Source: Acidimicrobiia bacterium
GTDB taxonomy: Bacteria > Actinomycetota > Acidimicrobiia > Spongiisociales > UBA5794
Length of the DNA stretch: 64,000 bases
Direction of reading: 5' to 3'
Assembly: GCA_013003395.1 (NCBI GenBank)
Contig: JABDJC010000048.1
Location: forward strand, 2,615-66,614
Below, one piece after another: positions 28,025 through 36,981 of this stretch (the first letter of the stretch is position 1; each line of letters opens with the position of its first letter). A program made the translations under genes and the position numbers. The notes under the pieces are model-generated. The model searched no databases, was not told the DNA's origin, and was given only the letters and a program-made list of their open reading frames with translations.

Positions 28025-29281
28025 TCAGTCGACCGTGAAAAGCATCCACAGGTCGGCAACGTTGGTGCCGGTCGCACCGGTGACGAGCAGATCACCGGCC
28101 GCCTCCAGGTACGGGCCGGAGTTGCAGTTCGTGAGGTGCTCGACGGCGTCGAGACCTGCCGCCGAGCCTCGACCGACCGTACCTCCATCAACGATGGCTC
28201 CGGCTGCGTCTGTCGGTCCGTCGACGCCATCAGTCGCGAGCGTCATCAACGTGCGACGCTCGTCACCTCTGAGACGAAGCGCCCCAGCGAGAGCCCCGTG
28301 CTGATTGCGTCCGCCTCGGCCTCCGCCAGATACCTCCAACGTCGTTTCTCCGTGGAAGACAGAAAGCCCGGGCTGCGCCTCCGCGAGCACGCGTTCGACG
28401 GCGTTGACAGCCTCACCCGAGAGCGGCGGTTCATGGACAGCCGTCATCCAGCCTCTCCTCTGCGCTTCGACCTCGACTGCTTTGGCGACCGTGCGACCGC
28501 TGAGGATCACCCGTGCCGTCACGTCGGCGTGGAAACTCACTGGCGTCTCGGGAATGACCCCTCTCGCCCCCTTCTCCAAGTGCGCGTAAACGGCTGGCGG
28601 CAGGCGATCGCGAAGGGGCGCCGCCAACGTGAGCGCCTCCAGGAACGTCGACGGGTCGCCCACGGTTGGTCCAGAACCGATGGCAGACAGGTCGTCGCCG
28701 ACAACATCGGACACGGCGAGGGTTCTGATGGTCGAGGCTCGTGATGCGGCAGCGAGCCGTCCGCCCTTGACTGCCGACACGTGTTTTCGAATCACGTTGA
28801 TGTCGTCGATTTCCATGGCGCTCGCCAACAGCACGCTCGTCATCTTCGCCAGATCGTCTGTCGAAAGGCCGGCCGGAGGCACCTCCATGAGGGCGGAGGC
28901 GCCTCCCGAGAGCAACACGACCAACGTCCCCGTGGCGCGCTCTACGAGATCCAGAGCAGCTCGTCCTGCAGCCTCGCTCTTGTCACTGGGCATTGGATGG
29001 CTGGCGACAAGACGGCTCCATCCGGGAGGTGCGGCGACGTCGTCGTAGGCGGTGACAACGAGGCCCTCCGTCACGGAGTCGAGTTCGGCGTGCGCACCCG
29101 CCGCCATGACCCCAGCTGCCTTGCCGACGGCGAGTACGGCCACAGGCCCCTCGATGGCCAACTCTTCGACAGCCTGCCGAGTGGCCGACTCGGGATCCGC
29201 CGCGGCGACAGCGAACTCGGCCAGTGATTGCAGCTCCATACGAACGTCTCGAGATGAGTGGTCAGTGGAGGGCGGAGGCAT
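28025..29281 (-). CDS. glycerate 2-kinase (MOFRL family)
   Basis: MOFRL/TtuD-like layout: VLAVGKAAGVMA...DINVIRKHVSAVKGGRLA...LLSGGETTLEV (in parts). Confidence 0.75.
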   Translation of the reverse strand: MPPPSTDHSSRDVRMELQSLAEFAVAAADPESATRQAVEELAIEGPVAVLAVGKAAGVMAAGAHAELDSVTEGLVVTAYDDVAAPPGWSRLVASHPMPSDKSEAAGRAALDLVERATGTLVVLLSGGASALMEVPPAGLSTDDLAKMTSVLLASAMEIDDINVIRKHVSAVKGGRLAAASRASTIRTLAVSDVVGDDLSAIGSGPTVGDPSTFLEALTLAAPLRDRLPPAVYAHLEKGARGVIPETPVSFHADVTARVILSGRTVAKAVEVEAQRRGWMTAVHEPPLSGEAVNAVERVLAEAQPGLSVFHGETTLEVSGGGRGGRNQHGALAGALRLRGDERRTLMTLATDGVDGPTDAAGAIVDGGTVGRGSAAGLDAVEHLTNCNSGPYLEAAGDLLVTGATGTNVADLWMLFTVD

Positions 29282-29331
29282 CAGCAGAAACCTAATCGCG
29301 ATCTCTGCTGGTCGTTCGGCGGGATCACTCC

Positions 29332-30021
29332 TCAGCGCAGTCGGGCTTTGTATGCCTCCGTGAATCGATCCATCTGAGCGACCAGTTGATCGGCGTCTTC
29401 TTTCGCCTGCGGATGCCGTGAGCCGAGAGCCACAGCAGCAAACCTGGCACCACGCCAGTACGGCAACATGGCGTGATCCGGCATGGCTCGTTCGCCTGCG
29501 ACAGCCGATCCAACAATGGGAGGCTCCTGATCAGTCGGAGGCAGACCAAGCCGCCTCAGCGCGTCTACGAGTTCATCTTCAGCGAGACGATCGGCGAAGT
29601 CCCGAGACACTCTTCGATAGGCCTCCGTGCCGTCGCTTGTCACGATGATGATGGCTGGATGGGCGATCTTCCCCGGATGCTTCGGATCAGCAAGTCCCAA
29701 GGGCTCGATCGCCAGCGACCGGTCGGGGTCGGACAGCATCGGGAATGGAAGATCGAGCTTCTCGATCATCGCGGAGTGTTGTTCAGGGGTGTCGACGTCA
29801 ATCGCGAAGACGCGAGCGCCTAGGCCGAGAATCTCGTCGTGCCGTTGCGCCAAGCTGACCAGCTGGCCGTTGCAGTACGGTCACCAGTCACCTCTGAGCA
29901 CCACGAGCACCACCGCAGCGTCCAGGTGTTCGCTGAGAGTCCACAAATGGCCCGCTTGGTCCGTCACCGTGAAGTCGATGTCCGCCACCGGAGTGCCTCC
30001 GTCCCTCTGTCGTGGAGCCAA
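29332..30021 (-). CDS. peroxiredoxin-like (AhpC/TSA-redoxin) thioredoxin-fold protein with an in-frame TGA at 29883..29881 in the position of the first Cys of a W-C-P-Y-C motif: candidate selenoprotein (U-P-Y-C), or else a nonsense pseudogene
   Basis: Single frame: TTG(30021) APRQRDGGTPVADIDFTVTDQAGHLWTLSEHLDAAVVLVVLRGDW-[TGA]-PYCNGQLVSLAQRHDEILGLGARVFAIDVDTPEQHSAMIEKLDLPFPMLSDPD... The beta-strand, W, CxxC and helix arrangement is the classic Trx-fold active site. The track only calls the part downstream of the TGA (29332..29853). Confidence 0.5.
29842..29880 (-). promoter_or_regulatory. candidate bacterial SECIS hairpin immediately 3' of the in-frame UGA
   Basis: RNA: UGA-CCGUACUGCAACGGCCAGCUG[GGUC]AGCUUGGCGCAACGG. 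Lower stem CCGU/ACGG and UGC/GCA. Upper stem GCCAGCU/AGCUUGGC with one bulged U. The GGUC apical loop starts 21 nt after the UGA. For comparison, the E. coli fdhF SECIS has a GGUC loop about 19 nt after the UGA and a bulged U. Confidence 0.4.
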
Positions 30022-30067
30022 CGTAACTCGACGCTAGCGAATACGCTCTTGCCAGACGGATCGAGGA

Positions 30068-31129
30068 GTGGCGATGGCAACCGTGATAGTCGGGACAGGC
30101 ACCGCGCTTCCGCCTGCGGTCGTGACGAACGATCAACTCGCAGAGTTGATGGACACCAGTGACGAATGGATTCGCAGCCGCACCGGTGTCGGTGAAAGGC
30201 GGTTGGCCGAGCCGGGCGTGAGCACCGCCGATCTCGCCACGGAGGCCGGCCATGCTGCGTTGGTCGACGCCGGCCTGGATCCGGAGGATGTCGACGCGTT
30301 GATCGTGGCCACGATGACGCCTGACTTCTACGCCCCCGGCAGCGCACCCTTGGTTCAAGATCGAATGGGACTCGGCACCGTTCGGTCGTACGGAATACGT
30401 CAGCAGTGCAGTGGATTCGTCTACGGGCTCGACCTGGCAGACAGCCTCATCGGGTCGGACAAGGCCGACACGGTCCTCGTGATCGGAGCCGAGGTACATG
30501 CGGGTATCCAACCGTGGGCCAATCAATGGCGTGAGAGACGCAACGGAGGGTCGATCACGCCTGAGGAGCGAGAACGCAACAACAAACACCGACACTGGAG
30601 TGTGCTCTTTGGGGATGGGGCGGGTGCGGCGGTCCTGCGACGCGGCACGGACGATGGCATCCTCGCTGTGGAATTGTTCACCGATGGCTCCTACTTCGGC
30701 CTGATCCAGGTCCCTGCAATGGGTTCGAGCACGCAACCGTTTGTCGACGTCGCCACGATCGCAGCCGACGAGCACATGCCGCAGATGAATGGGCCGATGC
30801 TGTATCGCCAGGCCGTCCGCAAGATGCCAGAAGCTGTGCACGCTGCGTTGAAAGGCGCGGGGCTCGGCGTCGACGACGTGGACGTCGTGGTCGCGCACCA
30901 GGCCAACGCCCGCATCGTCGACGGAGTGCGAAAGCGACTCGGACTCGACGTTGATCAGGTGCCGATGAACCTCGATCGGTTCGGCAACACGACCGCAGGG
31001 ACGCTGCCGATCCTGTTCGACGAGCTGCGCCGCGACGGTCGAGTGTCGCCCGGGACGGTGGTGGTGTTTGTGGCGTTCGGCGCCGGCGCTCATTGGGGCG
31101 CAGCGGTCTACAGGGAGCCAACTGGCTGA
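30068..31129 (+). CDS. fabH: 3-oxoacyl-ACP synthase III (KAS III) family
   Basis: VIVGTGTALPPAVVTNDQL...IRQQCSGFVYGL (active-site Cys)...VAHQAN...NTTAGTLPI. Confidence 0.8.
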   Translation: MAMATVIVGTGTALPPAVVTNDQLAELMDTSDEWIRSRTGVGERRLAEPGVSTADLATEAGHAALVDAGLDPEDVDALIVATMTPDFYAPGSAPLVQDRMGLGTVRSYGIRQQCSGFVYGLDLADSLIGSDKADTVLVIGAEVHAGIQPWANQWRERRNGGSITPEERERNNKHRHWSVLFGDGAGAAVLRRGTDDGILAVELFTDGSYFGLIQVPAMGSSTQPFVDVATIAADEHMPQMNGPMLYRQAVRKMPEAVHAALKGAGLGVDDVDVVVAHQANARIVDGVRKRLGLDVDQVPMNLDRFGNTTAGTLPILFDELRRDGRVSPGTVVVFVAFGAGAHWGAAVYREPTG

Positions 31130-31162
31130 GGGCGTTCTGAACCCACGGCGTGGGCGCGACAC

Positions 31163-32059
31163 TCAGCCGTTGAAGAGTCCCCTAGCCCGTTCGGCATATT
31201 CGGCGACTTCGCCTGGGTCCGGAAGTTCGTTGGCTTCGAACATCGCCGCTTGGAGATCAGGACCACGGCCGAAGCGCTCGATGGCTTCAGAATCGATCGG
31301 TTGCACCACGAAGTGGACATGTCCTGGCTCGCCGCTTTCGTGTGACCAGAGCGACACGTACACCTGAGCGGGTTCGGACAACTCCGTGACGATCGCAGCG
31401 GTGTCTCGCAAGAGCCGGCCCATCTGAACCGCCTCGTCGCCGTCCAGGTCGGCGACGGCAGTCACGTGACGTGCGGGTTTCACGACGAGTGTCCCGAGGC
31501 CGAGCGGCCCCACACAGTGCTCGACCAGCCATCCCTGCTCACGATGGATCAAGCCACCCGGGAGGGGGCGCACCCCGGCAGCCAGGTCACATGCCAAACA
31601 CTGGCCGACCGGCACGGGCACCACCGGCTTGGAGAAGAACACCCTCTTGAAACCGTCATCGACGCGCCGTTCTGTCTCGAAGAAGCCGCTGTTGGTGTAG
31701 AACTCGACGTTCTCGATCATCACTTCGTTGGTGAAGAGCCTCAGCTCGAGCAGGCCGTCTGAGCGCGCCACCTCCTCGGCGTAGACCAGCATCTCGCTCC
31801 CGATTCCTGCGCCTTGATGCGCAGGGACAACTGCAAGATTTCCGATGTGGAGTACCTCGCCTTCAGCGTGTAATGCCATGCAGCTGACGATCTCTCCCGA
31901 CAATTCGTATACATGCATCTCGCCGGCAGCCACGAGAGCGTCATAGTTGACGCGCATCGCTGCCGGCTTGCTGTCGAGGCGGTCGATGTACGGCGAGTAG
32001 GCCGCGTCCACGCAGGCCCGAATGGCTGCGACGTCTTCTACTCGAGCGTCTCTGATCAT
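31163..32059 (-). CDS. GNAT N-acetyltransferase fused to a C-terminal HIT-like (histidine-triad-like) domain
   Basis: GNAT core HIGNLAVVPAHQGAGIGSEML. C-terminal CLAC...HC...GHVHFVV is HIT-like, but only 2 of the 3 triad His are present. The ATG at 32059 overlaps the acyl-CoA synthetase stop (ATGA). The Arg-rich N-terminal 92 aa of the track ORF are rejected. Confidence 0.65.
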   Translation of the reverse strand: MIRDARVEDVAAIRACVDAAYSPYIDRLDSKPAAMRVNYDALVAAGEMHVYELSGEIVSCMALHAEGEVLHIGNLAVVPAHQGAGIGSEMLVYAEEVARSDGLLELRLFTNEVMIENVEFYTNSGFFETERRVDDGFKRVFFSKPVVPVPVGQCLACDLAAGVRPLPGGLIHREQGWLVEHCVGPLGLGTLVVKPARHVTAVADLDGDEAVQMGRLLRDTAAIVTELSEPAQVYVSLWSHESGEPGHVHFVVQPIDSEAIERFGRGPDLQAAMFEANELPDPGEVAEYAERARGLFNG

Positions 32060-33687
32060 GTCTGTCCCGTTGCCTCTTCGATGCTGCCACCGTAGACCCG
32101 CGAGTCGTGGCCCTTCCAGTCGAGTTCGCGAAGAACGAACTTCTGGATCTTGCCTGTTGACGTTTTCGGGAGCTCTTCTCGAAGCTCCACGACATCCGGC
32201 GCTTTGAAATGTGCGATTGCGGATCTGACGTGGTCGATCAGTTCCCGTTCTGTCACGGTCGCACCTGGCTTCAACACGACGTACGCCTTGGGTCTCTCGC
32301 CCCACTTCTCGTGAGGTACTGCCACGACCGCACACTCGAGGACCTCTGGGTGACTCACCAATGCCTGCTCGACCTCGATGGTCGAGATGTTCTCCCCACC
32401 GGAGATGATGATGTCCTTGGCGCGATCTCTCAGTTCGATGTAGCCGTCGGCGTGCCAGACGGCGATGTCACCCGAGTGAAACCACCCGCCTCGAAACGCC
32501 GTCTCGGTGGTCTGAGGATCCGAGAAGTAGCCCTTCATGACGTTGTTGCCGCGCATCACGACCTCGCCCATGGTCTGACCATCTCGCGGTACGTCGTTCA
32601 TGAGGTCGTCGACGACCCGAATCGGATCTGCGATGACGAAGCTGACTCCTTGACGGGCCAGAAACCGCACCCGCTCAGAGCTGCCCATCGAATCGAGCGC
32701 CGGCTGCCGTTCACACACCGTGTGTGGGCCGTACGTCTCGGTGAGCCCGTATACGTGGATCATCCGAGCGCCAAGACGCTCCATCGTTCCGATGATGGTC
32801 GGACTGGGTGGCGCTCCAGCGGTAGTCACCGTCAGCGGCTTGCTGAGCGGCTTTGCCTGCGGTGCATTCGCCATACCCACGAGAACCGTCGGAGCGCCGT
32901 TGAGGTGCGTGACACCTTCGACGTCGATCAACCGCCAGATTTCGGCGTTGTCGATCGATCGAAGGCACACATGCGTCCCTCCGATCGCGGTCACTGCCCA
33001 AGTGGTGCACCACCCGTTGCAGTGGAACATGGGAAGAGTCCACAGATACACCGTCTCGGTGTCATGCCGTGAATGTACGAGCTCTCCGAGGGAATTCAGG
33101 TAGGCGCCTCGATGCGTGTACATGACACCCTTGGGTTCGCCAGTGGTGCCTGACGTGTAGTTGATCGATATCGTTCGCTCTTCGTCGTCGACCGACCACT
33201 CCGGTGGATCGTCGACGCCTGAGGCGATGAATTCGTCGTAGTGGACGGACTCGACTGAGGTAGCTCGGCCAATGTCGTCCAACGCCACGATGAGTTCGAC
33301 TCCGGCCAAACCGTTGGACACCGTCGCTAGCGCTTCGAGGAGTTCGGTGTCAGCGACGAGGACCCGGGATCCCGAATGATCGAGTATCCGAGCGATTTCT
33401 GGTCCTGACAGTCTCGTGTTGATCGCCACGAGCACGGCTCCGAGCATGGGAACTGCGAAGTGGGCGTAGAGCATCTCAGGCAGGTTCGGCATGAGATACG
33501 CAACCCGGTCTCCACGTTCGATGCCGGCAGCACGCAGCGCATTGGCCACCTTCGTCACCTCAATGCCCATTTGCCTGTACGTGACTCTGCGATCGCCGTA
33601 CACGACCGCGGTCTTGTCGGAGAACGCATCAGCGGCGCGCTCGAGAAACGCGAGCGGGGTCAGCTCCGTCCTGAAGACGTCGGTCAA
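32056..33687 (-). CDS. AMP-forming acyl-CoA synthetase (fatty-acid--CoA ligase)
   Basis: AMP-binding motif YTSGTTGEPKGV. Further motifs YGLTET, GWFHSGD, and the C-terminal lysine region PKTSTGKIQK. Confidence 0.85.
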   Translation of the reverse strand: MTDVFRTELTPLAFLERAADAFSDKTAVVYGDRRVTYRQMGIEVTKVANALRAAGIERGDRVAYLMPNLPEMLYAHFAVPMLGAVLVAINTRLSGPEIARILDHSGSRVLVADTELLEALATVSNGLAGVELIVALDDIGRATSVESVHYDEFIASGVDDPPEWSVDDEERTISINYTSGTTGEPKGVMYTHRGAYLNSLGELVHSRHDTETVYLWTLPMFHCNGWCTTWAVTAIGGTHVCLRSIDNAEIWRLIDVEGVTHLNGAPTVLVGMANAPQAKPLSKPLTVTTAGAPPSPTIIGTMERLGARMIHVYGLTETYGPHTVCERQPALDSMGSSERVRFLARQGVSFVIADPIRVVDDLMNDVPRDGQTMGEVVMRGNNVMKGYFSDPQTTETAFRGGWFHSGDIAVWHADGYIELRDRAKDIIISGGENISTIEVEQALVSHPEVLECAVVAVPHEKWGERPKAYVVLKPGATVTERELIDHVRSAIAHFKAPDVVELREELPKTSTGKIQKFVLRELDWKGHDSRVYGGSIEEATGQT

Positions 33688-34529
33688 TTGCTCGCCCAGG
33701 TGGGGGCTCGCTTCTCGAGGAAGGCGCTCATTCCTTCCTGAGCGTCCTCAGTCGAGGCGTTCCCCGCCATGATCGGCTGCGCCACTTCGTAGGCGTCGTC
33801 CTCGTGCAGTTCGGCTTGGGCGTAGAACGCACCTTTGCCGATCCCGATCGTGTCAGCGGAGAACTGCAAGATCTGGTCTGCCAACTCGTCGACCGCCGCG
33901 TCGAGCTCTTCGGCTGGGACGGCACGATTGATCAAGCCCCACTCCACGGCCCGTGCGGCATCGATCGGCTCTCCCGTCAACAACATGTGGAGTGCACGCT
34001 TGCGCCCAACGGCGCGGCTCACCGGCACCAACGGAGTGGTGCAGAACAAACCGATCTTCACGCCGGGAGTGGCGAAGAACGACGTGTCCGCGGCGATCGC
34101 CAGATCGCAGGCGGCCACCAGCTGGCACCCGGCGGCGGTGGCGACACCTTGGACTTTCGCAATCACTGGTTGAGGAATGCGGTGAATCAGCTGCATCATC
34201 TGCGTACAAACACCGAAGAGATCGTCGTAGAACTCGGCAGGACGATCGACCATCTCCGAGAGGTCGTGCCCGGCGGAAAAGGCCGGACCGTTCGCCGCGA
34301 TGACCACGATCCGACATTTCTCGTCGAGCTGTGTGAGCGCACTGATGACCTGGCTCATGAGCTCGTGACTCATCGCGTTACGGCGCTCAGGTCGATTGAG
34401 GGTGATCGTGGTCTTCGGTCCTGCGACAGCGACAGTGATGTGTTCGTGGTCCACGTACGCCTCCTTTGAGGCCCTCAGTGTAAGAACCGACTTGGCGTCG
34501 TCGCCACACACCTCAGGTCGGATGCACAA
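33684..34529 (-). CDS. enoyl-CoA hydratase/isomerase (crotonase family)
   Basis: ITLNRPERRNAM...AANGPAFSAGHDLSEM. The maximal ORF starts at TTG 34529, and GTG 34454 is an alternative start. There is a 4-nt overlap with the acyl-CoA synthetase gene. Confidence 0.8.
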   Translation of the reverse strand: MCIRPEVCGDDAKSVLTLRASKEAYVDHEHITVAVAGPKTTITLNRPERRNAMSHELMSQVISALTQLDEKCRIVVIAANGPAFSAGHDLSEMVDRPAEFYDDLFGVCTQMMQLIHRIPQPVIAKVQGVATAAGCQLVAACDLAIAADTSFFATPGVKIGLFCTTPLVPVSRAVGRKRALHMLLTGEPIDAARAVEWGLINRAVPAEELDAAVDELADQILQFSADTIGIGKGAFYAQAELHEDDAYEVAQPIMAGNASTEDAQEGMSAFLEKRAPTWASN

Positions 34530-34562
34530 AGTCGAATTTCAGTTACAGTTTCGCCTTCGCTG

Positions 34563-35483
34563 ATGGAACGTATCAACCTCCACGACCCCGCCTCGCTTTC
34601 TCATCGGACCGCCGCCTGGATCGCCCTCTGGCTCTTCGCCCTCGGCGTTTCCGTCACTCTGGTTTCCGGATGGGGACGGTCGCTCGCGTCCGATCAACAG
34701 ACCATCACCACTGCGGCGCAGCAGGCCGTTTCGTCTGACGTGGTCGCCAATCGGCTGACAGACTGGCTCGGTACCGCGTTGGCCCAATCGGAACTCGTCC
34801 CCGAGGCTGAAGCCCTCGATGTGGCTAGAACGATGTGGGCAGACCCCAGAGCTCGAGAGCCGATCGACGCCATTGTCGCCGAACTTGCAGCGGCAGCCGT
34901 GAGTCCAGCCGATGAAGCCATCGAGCTGGACGTGAGTGACGAGATTCAAGCTCTTCTCCCCGCCGTGGCGGACGCCATGGCCGGATCAGACCTCCCTTCG
35001 GCGACCATCGAGGATGCGCTGGTTCGAGTGGCCCCGATCCAGTTGGCTGCGACCGCCGAAACGGCGCGAGAGGCAACCTCGACGGACACCGCTCGCAGCA
35101 TCATGAGCGTCGCTCTTCTCGTTGGTCTGTTCGTTGTGATCGCAGCCGGCGGCAGCGCACTGATCCTCTCCACCGACCGGATCTCAACGATGCGGACGCT
35201 CGCGGGACGGGTCGCTACCGCAGCATTGACGTTCACGATCATGCTGCGGTTGAGCGCCTGGGCGCTCGACCCTTCGGGCGGCGCAACGGATCTGCGCGGC
35301 AGTGGCGCAACGCTGCTCGGCAGCAACCTGCACATTCCGCTCATCGCCGGAGCCGTTGCCTTGCTCACCGTCTCGGCGATCTCGGTAGTGATGCGCCGCC
35401 GCATTCCCCTCCACCCTCCGGCTCAGCAGGTAGGACCCCCGCCAGAGGTCGTCAGAGAACTCGTCGGATCGGCTCGTCGCTAG
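34563..35483 (+). CDS. hypothetical membrane protein (N-terminal TM, Ala-rich periplasmic region, C-terminal TM segments)
   Basis: TM helices AAWIALWLFALGVSVTLV, IMSVALLVGLFVVIAAGG and IPLIAGAVALLTVSAISVV. No known motif is present. Confidence 0.5.
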   Translation: MERINLHDPASLSHRTAAWIALWLFALGVSVTLVSGWGRSLASDQQTITTAAQQAVSSDVVANRLTDWLGTALAQSELVPEAEALDVARTMWADPRAREPIDAIVAELAAAAVSPADEAIELDVSDEIQALLPAVADAMAGSDLPSATIEDALVRVAPIQLAATAETAREATSTDTARSIMSVALLVGLFVVIAAGGSALILSTDRISTMRTLAGRVATAALTFTIMLRLSAWALDPSGGATDLRGSGATLLGSNLHIPLIAGAVALLTVSAISVVMRRRIPLHPPAQQVGPPPEVVRELVGSARR

Positions 35484-36922
35484 ACCGGCACGTGTCGAGA
35501 TTCCGCGGCCGATGCGATGCGTCGCGCCATTCGGCCGAATATCGCTACGTGAAACGGCACAAGGACGAACCAATAGAGTCGGCCGAACAGACCCTTTGGA
35601 TAGAACGACGCCGTCTGCGTCAGGGTGTTGGGATCCCCCTCATTGATCACGAACTCCAGCCACGCTTCACCAGGGAGCAGCATCTCGGCACTCAGTTGCA
35701 GCCGCTTCCCCGGTTCCACGGAACTCACCCTCCAGAAGTCGAGTGCTTCGCCCGAACGGAGCTGTTCCGGATGGCGTCTCCCGCGTCGCAATCCGACGCC
35801 ACCAACGATGCTGTCGAGCACGCCCCTGACTCGCCAGGCCCAGTTGAACGTGTAATAGCCGACATCTCCACCGATACGCGAGAACGCCCAGAACAGATCC
35901 TCCGCGCTCGCCGTGGTCTCGACCGTCTGGACATCGCGGTAAACCGTGCGGCCGCTCCACTCTGGATCGTTCTCCTGCGGACTCGCAGAAGCCAAGCCGG
36001 CGTCCGACCATCGTGTGGCCACGTCGAACGCGGCCTCCTTCTCGAGGGCGAGGCCCAAAGCATCTCGGTACGGGATGAGTTCACCAGCGAGGCGTCTCGA
36101 CGCCGACATGTCGCCGACCACGACCTCGTGGCGCAGGCTGTCGACCAGTGGCCTGGCCACGCCGGTCGGCAGCGGCGTGACGAGCCCGATCCACCGAGAG
36201 GACAATTGCGGGGTCAGGACTGGCACCGGCAAGATGATCCGTCTCGGAAGGCCCGCTTCGTTGGCGTACTGCTGCATCATCTCCGCATAGGTGAGTACAT
36301 CGGGACCACCGATCTCGATGATGCAACTCTCAGAACCGTCATCGGCGATGACGTTGACCATGATCTCGAGAACGTTGCGGATGGCGATCGGTTGACACCG
36401 CACGGATACCCATTTCGGCGTGATCATCACTGGCAACACCTCGGTGAGATGTCGCAGCATCTCGAACGACACGGATCCTGAACCGATGATCACCGCCGCG
36501 CGCAACTCCGTGACGGGTGTGGCGCCACTGGCGAGAAGCTTCCCGACCTCATGCCGACTCGCCAGGTGGGCAGAGAGATCGTCACCCTCGCCGAGGCCAC
36601 CGAGATAGACGATGCGCCGAAGGCCGCAAGTCGCTGCCGCCTCGGAAAAGTTCGTTGCGGCCTCTCGATCACGCGAGGTGAAATCTCCTTCACCCATCGA
36701 GTGCACCAGATAGAACGCGGCGTCGCATCCCTCGAGTGCGGCATCGAGCGACGCCTTGTCGAGCACGTCAGCCTCGACGACCTCGACGCGTTCACGCCAT
36801 GGGTCATCGTCCAGCTTGGTGGGATTGCGTGACATGCACCGGACTTCGTGGCCGGCTTCGAGTAGCGCCGGAACCAGTCGGCCTCCGATGTATCCCGATG
36901 CTCCCGTCACGAGGATCTTCAT
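35480..36922 (-). CDS. NAD(P)H-binding NmrA/SDR-like domain fused to a DUF2867-like C-terminal domain
   Basis: MKILVTGASGYIGGRLVPALLEAGHEV Rossmann N-terminus. The start is taken at ATG 36922. The C-terminal half has no catalytic SDR motifs. Confidence 0.65.
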   Translation of the reverse strand: MKILVTGASGYIGGRLVPALLEAGHEVRCMSRNPTKLDDDPWRERVEVVEADVLDKASLDAALEGCDAAFYLVHSMGEGDFTSRDREAATNFSEAAATCGLRRIVYLGGLGEGDDLSAHLASRHEVGKLLASGATPVTELRAAVIIGSGSVSFEMLRHLTEVLPVMITPKWVSVRCQPIAIRNVLEIMVNVIADDGSESCIIEIGGPDVLTYAEMMQQYANEAGLPRRIILPVPVLTPQLSSRWIGLVTPLPTGVARPLVDSLRHEVVVGDMSASRRLAGELIPYRDALGLALEKEAAFDVATRWSDAGLASASPQENDPEWSGRTVYRDVQTVETTASAEDLFWAFSRIGGDVGYYTFNWAWRVRGVLDSIVGGVGLRRGRRHPEQLRSGEALDFWRVSSVEPGKRLQLSAEMLLPGEAWLEFVINEGDPNTLTQTASFYPKGLFGRLYWFVLVPFHVAIFGRMARRIASAAESRHVPV

Positions 36923-36981
36923 GACGGGGACGTTACTCACCGGCACCTCACTAGCGTGCGGTCATCGGAGGGAGAGGTGAC

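Noticed and set aside
31147-31159. cccac-ggc-gtggg hairpin between convergent fabH and GNAT-HIT genes
   Set aside because: It has only a 5-bp stem and no U-tract. It is too weak to call a terminator.
31163-32335. 390-aa version of the GNAT-HIT ORF
   Set aside because: The first 92 residues are Arg-rich and overlap the acyl-CoA synthetase 3' end. The internal ATG at 32059 gives a clean ATGA coupling.
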